Below, one piece after another: positions 34,140 through 41,051 of a stretch of 58,146 nucleotides of DNA (position 1 is its first letter; every line of letters starts with the position of its first letter). A model generated the notes under the pieces. It was not told the DNA's origin and ran no database searches. It saw nothing but the letters and a program-made list of their open reading frames with translations. Origin of the DNA: a bacterium (GTDB lineage: Bacteria > JAUVQV01 > DATDCY01); NCBI GenBank assembly GCA_036524115.1, contig DATDCY010000279.1, forward strand, positions 1-58,146, in the 5' to 3' direction. The position numbers and the translations under genes are program-made.

Positions 34140-34955
34140 CTAGACGGGGACGCCCGTGGTCTGGGCGCGCTCGGAGACGACGTCGCCGCGCACGCCGACG
34201 ACCACCTCGCGCACCGGCAGGTCCGCCCGCCCCGAGAGCTGGATCGCCTTCTGCACCGCCCAGGAGAGGCCGCCGCAGCAGGGGACCTCCATCCTGACGA
34301 CCGTGACGCCCGTGATGCCGCCCTCGGCCATGATCCCGGCGAGCTTCGGGATCACGAAGTCCTGCTCGCCGAATTTCGGGCACTGGATGACGACCGACGC
34401 GCCCTTGAGGAACCGCCGGTGGAAGTCGCCGAACGCCACCGGCGCGCAGTCCGCGGCGACGACCAGCTCCTTGCCGCGGAAGAACGGCGCGCCGGGGCCG
34501 ACCAGCTGCAGCTTGACCGGCCAGTGGCCGAGTTCGGAGCGGACCTCGCCGGCGGGAGCGCCCGCCGTCGCCGGACGCTCGTGGACGATGGCGCGCGAGG
34601 ATGGGCAGACGAACCCGCCGCCGTGGTGGCCGTGCCCGCGGTGCGCGTGGTGCCCCTCGTGGTGCCCATGGTGGCCGTGGTGGTGCCCGCCGTGGGCGGG
34701 CGCCGGCTCGCGGCCGATCGCCTTGAGGTGCTTCTCCACCACCGTCTCGTCGAAGGCGTCGGCGTCGCGCTCCTCGATCGTGATCGCCCCTTCGGGGCAC
34801 TCGCCCAGGCAGGCCCCGAGGCCGTCGCAGAGGTTCTCGGCCACGAGGCGGGCCTTGCCGTCGATCACCTGGATCGCGCCTTCGGCGCAGTTCGGGACGC
34901 ACAGTCCGCAGCCGTTGCACTTCTCCGCGTCGATGTGGACGATCTTGCGCTTCAT
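34140..34955 (-). CDS. ferredoxin-like 2x[4Fe-4S] protein with His-rich linker and Cys-containing C-terminal domain
   Basis: ATG 34955 follows AGGAGGAGA. CNGCGLCVPNC and CDGLGACLGECP. His tract HGGHHHGHHGHHEGHHAHRGHGHHGG. C-terminal part has CPKFG and VPCCGG. Confidence 0.8.
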   Translation of the reverse strand: MKRKIVHIDAEKCNGCGLCVPNCAEGAIQVIDGKARLVAENLCDGLGACLGECPEGAITIEERDADAFDETVVEKHLKAIGREPAPAHGGHHHGHHGHHEGHHAHRGHGHHGGGFVCPSSRAIVHERPATAGAPAGEVRSELGHWPVKLQLVGPGAPFFRGKELVVAADCAPVAFGDFHRRFLKGASVVIQCPKFGEQDFVIPKLAGIMAEGGITGVTVVRMEVPCCGGLSWAVQKAIQLSGRADLPVREVVVGVRGDVVSERAQTTGVPV

Positions 34956-35015
34956 CTTCCGTCTCCTCCTGCCGCCCGCGGCGGCCGCGTCGTTGCGGTG
35001 TCGCTGTCGGAGGGA

Positions 35016-35057
35016 AACGTAGCACCCGTCCCGGAACGGGTCTTTGACTTGGGTCAA
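35016..35057 (-). promoter_or_regulatory. class II Crp/Fnr-type promoter: TTGAC-N4-GTCAA box plus extended -10 TGCTACGTT
   Basis: Perfect palindrome TTGACTTGGGTCAA at 35044-35057. The reverse complement of 35016-35024 is TGCTACGTT. The box centre lies 29.5 nt from the -10 upstream edge, which places it near -41.5. About 55 nt of 5' UTR precedes ATG 34955. Confidence 0.6.
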
Positions 35058-35235
35058 ACATAGGTCCTGTCCGCGAATCGCGCACCGCACCCGCCGCAAC
35101 GCGGTCCGGACGTTCCCAGGCCGGGCCACGACCCGAGGACGCCTGTTCCGTTCGGTCCGCGTGCCCGCGGGGGCGGGGCGGTGCCGTGCGGCCGCTTCGT
35201 TACGCGCTCGACCTGGGCCTGTCCGGTCCTCCGCT

Positions 35236-35280
35236 CGAAACGCATAACTCGCCCCTGCGGGGCTCAAACAATGCGTTTCG
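35236..35280 (-). repeat. structured hairpin element, copy A (10-bp outer stem, conserved core)
   Basis: CGAAACGCAT...ATGCGTTTCG form a perfect outer stem. Read on the minus strand, the core is TGTTTGA-GCCCC-GCA-GGGGC-GAGTT. Confidence 0.6.
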
Positions 35281-35480
35281 CCCTACGGGCCGCTCCGGTC
35301 CGGCCGCCCAGGTTCCCTCGCGCTCCACCATGCGTCCGCCCGTCACCGCCCCGCCCCCGCTCAGTGAACGTGCCCGCTGTTAGCGTTGGCTTCAGCGAGG
35401 CGGCGGGTTTGCTCCCGCAGGGAGATAGAGTGGAGCGGCCGTGAAGCCGGCGAACGGGCCGAGGGCGGTCCCGCAGGGAC

Positions 35481-35521
35481 GCGGGCTGTTGTTTGAGCCC
35501 GCAGGGCGAGTTACAGCCCGC
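35481..35521 (+). repeat. structured hairpin element, copy B (9-bp outer stem, same core, opposite orientation)
   Basis: GCGGGCTGT...ACAGCCCGC form a perfect outer stem. The core is TGTTTGA-GCCC-GCA-GGGC-GAGTT. Confidence 0.6.
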
Positions 35522-35673
35522 GAGCCCCCGGACCATTCGCCGGTAGGCCGCGGAAACCCACGACCGAGGGAGCGGGCCCGCCGCCTCGCGCACTCGCCCG
35601 ACAGCGCCAGGGCGAGACGGAAGTGAACAGGCGACCCCGGGCCGTGGCCCGGCACGGGAACGGGACGGAAACG

Positions 35674-36369
35674 TCAGGAAGCCAGGTCGCGGAGGGCGGC
35701 GAGGTCCTTGATCGTGATCTCGCGCTCCTCGACCTCGATCACGCCCTCGTCGCGCAGCTTCGCGAACGCCCGCGACAGCGTCTCCGCCACCGTCCCGAGG
35801 TGCGCGGCCAGCTCCCCCTTGTTCACCGCCAGGCGCACCCGCGCCCCGTCGGCGAGCGCGGTCGGCCGCTGCCGCAGCGCCTCCGCGAGCAGGTAACCGG
35901 CGAGCCGCGAGGGCACGGCCTTCGAGTACTCCGCGATCAGGTCCGTCAGCCGCCGCACCCACAGCGCCGAGCCGGCAAGCAGCTTGAACGCGATGTCCGT
36001 GCGCTTCTTGACCAGGCGGAACAGCTCCTCGCGCGGGATGAAGGCCACCCCGCTGGCCTCGAGCGCCTGCGCCGAGGCGGGATAGGAGCGCCCGACAAAC
36101 AGGGCGACCTCGGCGAAGGTCTCGCCCGGGAAGATGAAGTGCAGGATCTGCTCGCGCCCGTCCGGCGCGGTCTTGAAGACCTTGAGCTTGCCCGAGGCGC
36201 AGACGAAGAAGCCTTTCGCCTCGTCGCCCTCGGCGAAGAGCGCCCCGCCCCGCGGCACCTCCCGCAGCGTGGCCATCGCCGCGAGCGCCGCGAGGTCCTC
36301 GGGGTCGAGCCCCGAGAAGATCGGGGCCCGGCGCAGAATCTCCGCGAGGCCCGGTGCGCCCTTGCCCAT
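35674..36369 (-). CDS. Crp/Fnr family transcriptional regulator (candidate regulator of the adjacent ferredoxin/HAO-like genes)
   Basis: cNMP-binding-like domain (FPGETFAEVALFVGRSYPASAQA) and C-terminal HTH (NKGELAAHLGTVAETLSRAFAKL). No N-terminal Cys cluster is seen. Confidence 0.9.
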   Translation of the reverse strand: MGKGAPGLAEILRRAPIFSGLDPEDLAALAAMATLREVPRGGALFAEGDEAKGFFVCASGKLKVFKTAPDGREQILHFIFPGETFAEVALFVGRSYPASAQALEASGVAFIPREELFRLVKKRTDIAFKLLAGSALWVRRLTDLIAEYSKAVPSRLAGYLLAEALRQRPTALADGARVRLAVNKGELAAHLGTVAETLSRAFAKLRDEGVIEVEEREITIKDLAALRDLAS

Positions 36370-36378
36370 GACGGCGCG

Positions 36379-36387
36379 ACTATAGCA
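36379..36387 (-). promoter_or_regulatory. extended -10 (TGCTATAGT) for the Crp/Fnr gene, implying a near-leaderless mRNA
   Basis: The reverse complement of 36379-36387 is TGCTATAGT. Its last T lies 9 nt upstream of ATG 36369. Confidence 0.45.
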
Positions 36388-36415
36388 CGCGGGCCGGCGG
36401 GACGAGCGGCCGCGG

Positions 36416-36424
36416 TGCTATAAT
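36416..36424 (+). promoter_or_regulatory. extended -10 (TGCTATAAT) for the MetE-like/TMTC-like operon
   Basis: Consensus TGnTATAAT at 36416-36424, 46 nt upstream of ATG 36471, with a GAAGAGAGGG RBS in between. Confidence 0.5.
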
Positions 36425-36470
36425 CCGCGGGCGATCAACGGTTTCGACGACTGAAGAGAGGGCCCGCGGG

Positions 36471-37520
36471 ATGACGCACGACTTCAATTTCCTGGCCACG
36501 GGGATCGGCAGCCTGCCCCTGACGGACCCGGCTGCGGCCGTGGCGCTCGCACTGCGCTACCTCCCCGAAGCGCCGATCTGGCCGCAGCTGCCGAAGCGCG
36601 GATATCGCGAGCACATGGGCGGCCAGTACGCCGAGGGCCTCCCCGGCCTCGTCGAGGACCCCGCGCGGGAGAGCTTCTCGATCGATTCCTCCCGCGATCT
36701 CACCGGCGAGCTCGAGCGTTTCTTCGAGCGCTACCTCGCGCGGGACCTCGGGCACTTCGCGATCTCGGAGGCACACGCCGCCGGGCTGCACGCGCTGCTG
36801 CGCGCGCTCGAGACGGGCGGGCCGCCGCCGGGCGCCCGCTTTCTCAAGGGCCACGTCACCGGACCGCTGACCGCGGGGCTCTCGCTCAAGGATGAACAGG
36901 GCCGCGACATCATCCACAACGAGCTGCTCTTCGACGTCGTCGTCAAGAACCTGGCGCTGAAGGCGGCCTGGCAGGTCGAGGTCCTCGGCCGCTTCGGCCG
37001 GCCGGTGATCGTCTTCATCGACGAGCCGGCGATGGAGACCCTCGGCTCGGCGTTCTCCGCGGCCGCGCCCGAGCTCGTCGCGGAGAAGCTCGAGGAGGTC
37101 ATCGCGGCGATCCACGAGGGCGGCGGCATCGCCGGCATCCACTGCTGCGGCAACGCGGACTGGCCCCTGCTCTTCGGGACGCAGGTGGACATCGTGAACT
37201 TCGACGCCTTCGACTACCTCGAGCGGGTGCTGCTGTTCCCCGCGGAGGTCGCCGCGTTCCTCGCGCGCGGCGGCGCGCTGGCGTGGGGGATCGTGCCGAC
37301 CAGCGGCTCCACGGGAACCGAGACCGCCGCGGGGCTCATCGAGCGGCTCGAGGGCGGTTTCGCCCGGCTCGGGGCGGCCGGGATCGCCCGGGAGACCCTT
37401 GTCCGGCAGGGGATCGTGACGCCCTCCTGCGGCCTGGGGAGCCTCTCGCCCGCGCAGGCCGAGGCGGCGCTGCGACTGACGCTCGAGATCTCGGCGCGTC
37501 TGCGGCGGCAACCCGCGTGA
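36471..37520 (+). CDS. cobalamin-independent methionine synthase (MetE C-terminal)/URO-D-like Zn-dependent alkyltransferase family protein
   Basis: IFIDEPAM, GIHCCGNADW and VTPSCGLG resemble the His-x-Cys...Cys zinc site of the MetE catalytic domain. 349 aa. Confidence 0.65.
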   Translation: MTHDFNFLATGIGSLPLTDPAAAVALALRYLPEAPIWPQLPKRGYREHMGGQYAEGLPGLVEDPARESFSIDSSRDLTGELERFFERYLARDLGHFAISEAHAAGLHALLRALETGGPPPGARFLKGHVTGPLTAGLSLKDEQGRDIIHNELLFDVVVKNLALKAAWQVEVLGRFGRPVIVFIDEPAMETLGSAFSAAAPELVAEKLEEVIAAIHEGGGIAGIHCCGNADWPLLFGTQVDIVNFDAFDYLERVLLFPAEVAAFLARGGALAWGIVPTSGSTGTETAAGLIERLEGGFARLGAAGIARETLVRQGIVTPSCGLGSLSPAQAEAALRLTLEISARLRRQPA

Positions 37521-39247
37521 GGCCGGCCGTGGCGGGCGCCCTGAGGACGCCGCGGTTTCTCCTGCTCGCCGCGGCGCTCGTCGTGGCGGTCTTCGCCATC
37601 TACGGCCAAGTCTACGACCACCAGTTCATCGCCTACGACGACGACTCCTACATCTACACCGTGTCGGAGGTGCAGGACGGCCTCACCCTCCACGGCCTGC
37701 GCTGGGCCTTCGATGGCGCCCACGCCGGCAACTACCACCCGCTCACGTGGCTCTCGCACATGCTCGACGTCTCGCTCTTCGGCCTGCGCCCGGGCGGGCA
37801 CCACGTGATGAACGTCGCATTCCACGCCGCAAACGCGGTGCTGCTCGCGGGGGTGTTGATCTCGGCCACCGGCGCGTTCCGGCCGGGCGCCGCGGTCGCG
37901 GCCCTCTTCGCCCTGCACCCGCTGCGCGTGGAGTCGGTCGCCTGGGCCTCCGAGCGCAAGGACGTGCTCTCCACGCTCTTCGGCCTGCTCGCGCTGGCGG
38001 CGTACGTGCGCGCGGTGCGCCGTCCCGGCATCGGCAGGACGCTTGCGGACTTCGGCCTCGCGCCCCGGCACCTCGCGGTGCTCGGCCTCTTCTTCCTGGG
38101 CCTGCTCGCGAAGCCGATGCTCGTGACGCTCCCCTTCGCGCTGCTGCTCCTGGATTTCTGGCCGCTCGGCCGGTTCCGCGCCGCCGGGACCGGCGGCGCG
38201 ACGGCCACGGCCTTCCGGGAGCGCCCGTGGGTTCGGCCGGCGCTCGAGAAGCTGCCGCTGCTCCTGCTTTCGGCCGCCTGGAGCTTGCTGACGGTGTGGG
38301 CGCAGACGACGGACGTGCTGCCGATCGTGAAGCCGGCGTTCCTGACGCGCCTCGGCAACGCCGCCCTCTCCTACGTGAAGTACCTCGGGAGCTTCGTCTG
38401 GCCCGCGCAGCTTGCGTTCCTCTATCCGTACCCGACCGAGGGAGGCGCCGTGGCCGTATCCCCGGCGGCCTCCATCGTCGCCGCGGCCATCCTTGTCGCC
38501 ATCACCGCCGTGGTGATTGTGTATGCCAAGCGCCGGCCGTTTCTGCCGATGGGCTGGTTCTGGTACGCGGGCATGCTCGTGCCGGTGATCGGGCTGGTCC
38601 AGGTGGGGGGCCAGGAGCGCAGCGACCGTTACACGTACCTCACGACCACGGGCATCGCGATCGCCTTCGTCTGGCTGGCGGCCGCCAATTGGCCGCGTCG
38701 TGCCGGCCTGCGGCGCGCGCTGGGTGCCGGATTCCTCCTCGTGCTCGCGCTGCTGGGGACCGTGGCCTGGACCTACACCGGGTACTGGAGGGACAGCCTC
38801 AGGCTCTTCGCCTACACCGTGGACCGCACCCGCGACAACTACCTGGTCCTGAACAACTACGGCACTGCGCTCATGCAGGCGAACCGGATCGACGAGGCGA
38901 TCAAGTGGCTGCGCGAAACGGCCCGGGTCAACCCGGAGCACTGCAACGCCCACTACAACCTCGGCGTCGCCCTCGTCAAGCAGGACCGCTTCACGGAAGC
39001 GGTGATCCCGCTGCTGCGCTCGCTGAAGTGCTACGAGGACGAGGGGCGGGTCGGGATCTACATCGCCGACACCCACTACAACCTCGGGGTCGCCCTCTCG
39101 GGCATGGGCAAGTACGCCGAGGCCGAGAGCCACCTGCGCGCCGCCCTCGCCATCGCCCCCCGCTACCCCGGCGCCAGCGCCGCCCTCGGCGAGACGCTCC
39201 GCCGCAAGGCGCTGACGTCCGGTGCGCCCGCGGCGACGCGGCCCTGA
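37517..39247 (+). CDS. TMTC/DUF1736-like GT-C membrane glycosyltransferase-like protein with C-terminal TPR repeats (paralog a)
   Basis: GTG 37517 overlaps the upstream stop (GTGA). YDDDSY, NYHPLTWLSHMLD, HPLRVESVAWASERKDVL, LLLLDFWPLGR and VIGLVQVGGQERSDRYTYL, then TPRs (AHYNLGVAL...). Confidence 0.8.
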   Translation: MRPAVAGALRTPRFLLLAAALVVAVFAIYGQVYDHQFIAYDDDSYIYTVSEVQDGLTLHGLRWAFDGAHAGNYHPLTWLSHMLDVSLFGLRPGGHHVMNVAFHAANAVLLAGVLISATGAFRPGAAVAALFALHPLRVESVAWASERKDVLSTLFGLLALAAYVRAVRRPGIGRTLADFGLAPRHLAVLGLFFLGLLAKPMLVTLPFALLLLDFWPLGRFRAAGTGGATATAFRERPWVRPALEKLPLLLLSAAWSLLTVWAQTTDVLPIVKPAFLTRLGNAALSYVKYLGSFVWPAQLAFLYPYPTEGGAVAVSPAASIVAAAILVAITAVVIVYAKRRPFLPMGWFWYAGMLVPVIGLVQVGGQERSDRYTYLTTTGIAIAFVWLAAANWPRRAGLRRALGAGFLLVLALLGTVAWTYTGYWRDSLRLFAYTVDRTRDNYLVLNNYGTALMQANRIDEAIKWLRETARVNPEHCNAHYNLGVALVKQDRFTEAVIPLLRSLKCYEDEGRVGIYIADTHYNLGVALSGMGKYAEAESHLRAALAIAPRYPGASAALGETLRRKALTSGAPAATRP

Positions 39248-39309
39248 CCGCCTTCGGCCCCGGTGACCGGCGAGGGCGCGACCCCGCGGGCGAGGGCCTC
39301 GGGCAGACC

Positions 39310-41037
39310 ATGGACGTGAAGGACGCTTCTCCGACGCGCCCGCGCCCGCTCGCGCTGCCCGCGGCGGTTGCGGCGGTCCTGGCGCTCGCGGTCGCCGGCG
39401 TCTACCGGCACGCGGGGGGATTCGCCTTCGTGTTCGACGACGGCGGCTTCATCCTCGGCAACCCCCGCGTCACCGGCGGCCTGAGCGTCGAGAGCGCCCG
39501 TTGGGCCCTCACGGCGACCTACACCGCGAACTGGCACCCGCTCACCTGGCTCTCCCACCTGCTCGATGTCAGCCTCTTCGGCCTCCGGCCCGGGCCCCCG
39601 CACCTGGTCAACGTGGTCATCCACGCGGTCAACACGGTGCTCGTGCTCCTGGTGCTGCGCCGGCTCACGGGGACGCTCTGGCCGGGCGCGTTCGCCGCCG
39701 CGCTCTTCGGGGTGCACCCGCTCCACGTCGAGTCCGTGGCGTGGGTCTCGGAGCGCAAGGACGTGCTCAGCGCGCTGCTGTGGCTGCTCGCGACCGCGGC
39801 CTACGTCCGCTATGCCGCCCGACGGAGCGTGGCGCGGTACCTGCTCGTCTGCCTGCTCTTCGCCCTCGGGCTTGCGGCCAAGGCGATGGTGGTCACGCTG
39901 CCGGCGGTCCTGCTGCTGCTCGACTTCTGGCCGCTGGGCCGCCTCGGGCCCGCCGCGCGCGGCGGCGGCCGCTGGCGCGCGCCGCTCCTCGAGAAGGTGC
40001 CGCTGCTGGCGATCTCCGCCGCCGGCAGCCTGCTGGCGATCTTCGCCCAGCGCGACAGCGGCGCGCTCGCCTCGGGCGAGGTCTACCGCCTGGCCTGGCG
40101 CGCGGCAAACGCGGCGATCTCCTACGCCGTCTACCTTGGCAAGACGCTCTGGCCCGCCGGCCTCGCCGCCTACTACTCCTTCCGCCTCGAGGCGCCGCCG
40201 GCCTCGGAGACGGCGGCGGCGGCGCTCCTGCTGCTGTGCCTGTCCGCCGCGGCGCTCGCGCTCGCGCGCCGCGCGCCCTGGCTGGCAGCCGGGTGGGGCT
40301 GGTACCTCGTCACGCTCCTGCCCGTCATCGGCCTGATCCAGGTCGGCGGCCAGGCCCGCGCCGACCGCTACCTCTACCTGCCCATGATCGGCCTGGCGAT
40401 TGTCGCGGCGTGGGGTGCGCCGGCCCTCGCCGCGCGCCTGCATCGCGCCCCGACGGCGCTGGCCGCGCCTGCGGCGGTTGCGCTCCTGGCCCTCGCCGCC
40501 GCCGGCTCGCTCCAGGCCGGCTACTGGCGCTCCAACGAGACGCTCTTCCGGCACGCCCTGGCGGTGACGCGGGACAACTGGCTCGCGCACAGCTTCCTCG
40601 GCGCGGAGGCGCGCAAGCGGGGCGACGCGCAGGCCGCGGTCGCGCACTACCGCGAGGCGGTCCGGGGCAACACCGCCTCGGCGGACATGCGCTACAACCT
40701 CGGGCTGGCCCTCGCCGAGGCCGGCCTCACGGCCGAAGCCATCAGCGAACTGCGCATGGCGCTGCACCTCAACCCCGCGAAGGCGGAGGCCACGCTCCTG
40801 CTCGCGCGTTCCCTCGCGCTCGCCGGCGACGTGCCGGCGGCCCTCGCGACGTTCCGCGCCGCCGCGCGCCTGATGCCGGACCGCGCCGACGTCTGGAACG
40901 ACCTGGGCAACGCGGCCTTCCGTTTCGGGGCGCTGCCCGAGGCCGAGGCCGCGTTCAGCCAGGCGGTGCGCCTGCAGCCGGGCTCCCCGCTCTACCGGTG
41001 GAACCTGCAGCAGGCGCAGGCGCCCCGGGCCCGTTAG
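39310..41037 (+). CDS. TMTC/DUF1736-like GT-C + TPR protein (paralog b)
   Basis: ATG 39310. FDDGGF, NWHPLTWLSHLLD, HPLHVESVAWVSERKDVL and LLLLDFWPLGR, with C-terminal TPRs. Confidence 0.8.
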   Translation: MDVKDASPTRPRPLALPAAVAAVLALAVAGVYRHAGGFAFVFDDGGFILGNPRVTGGLSVESARWALTATYTANWHPLTWLSHLLDVSLFGLRPGPPHLVNVVIHAVNTVLVLLVLRRLTGTLWPGAFAAALFGVHPLHVESVAWVSERKDVLSALLWLLATAAYVRYAARRSVARYLLVCLLFALGLAAKAMVVTLPAVLLLLDFWPLGRLGPAARGGGRWRAPLLEKVPLLAISAAGSLLAIFAQRDSGALASGEVYRLAWRAANAAISYAVYLGKTLWPAGLAAYYSFRLEAPPASETAAAALLLLCLSAAALALARRAPWLAAGWGWYLVTLLPVIGLIQVGGQARADRYLYLPMIGLAIVAAWGAPALAARLHRAPTALAAPAAVALLALAAAGSLQAGYWRSNETLFRHALAVTRDNWLAHSFLGAEARKRGDAQAAVAHYREAVRGNTASADMRYNLGLALAEAGLTAEAISELRMALHLNPAKAEATLLLARSLALAGDVPAALATFRAAARLMPDRADVWNDLGNAAFRFGALPEAEAAFSQAVRLQPGSPLYRWNLQQAQAPRAR

Positions 41038-41051
41038 GGCGAGGGCTGCCG

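Noticed and set aside
35236-35521. Integron attC sites or a CRISPR remnant as explanation for the hairpin pair
   Set aside because: There is no integrase or cas gene, no GTTRRRY/RYYYAAC core pair at the stem ends, only two copies in opposite orientation, and no regular repeat-spacer periodicity.
35044-35655. Short ORFs in the 718-bp gap (35044..35247, 35054..35245, 35181..35444, 35186..35383, 35392..35655, 35441..35626)
   Set aside because: No RBS or start context, Arg/Pro/Gly-rich translations, and they overlap each other on both strands. The region is better described by its hairpin elements and promoter.
35100-35673. Known housekeeping ncRNA (RNase P, tmRNA, SRP/4.5S, 6S) or riboswitch (cobalamin, TPP, SAM) in the long intergenic region
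   Set aside because: I could not find their conserved sequence blocks (for example the RNase P GAGGAAAGUCC, the tmRNA tag-reading-frame context, the SRP GGAA tetraloop helix or the B12 box). The hairpins also lie upstream of the predicted promoter rather than in the 5' UTR. This is not excluded, since no covariance search was possible.
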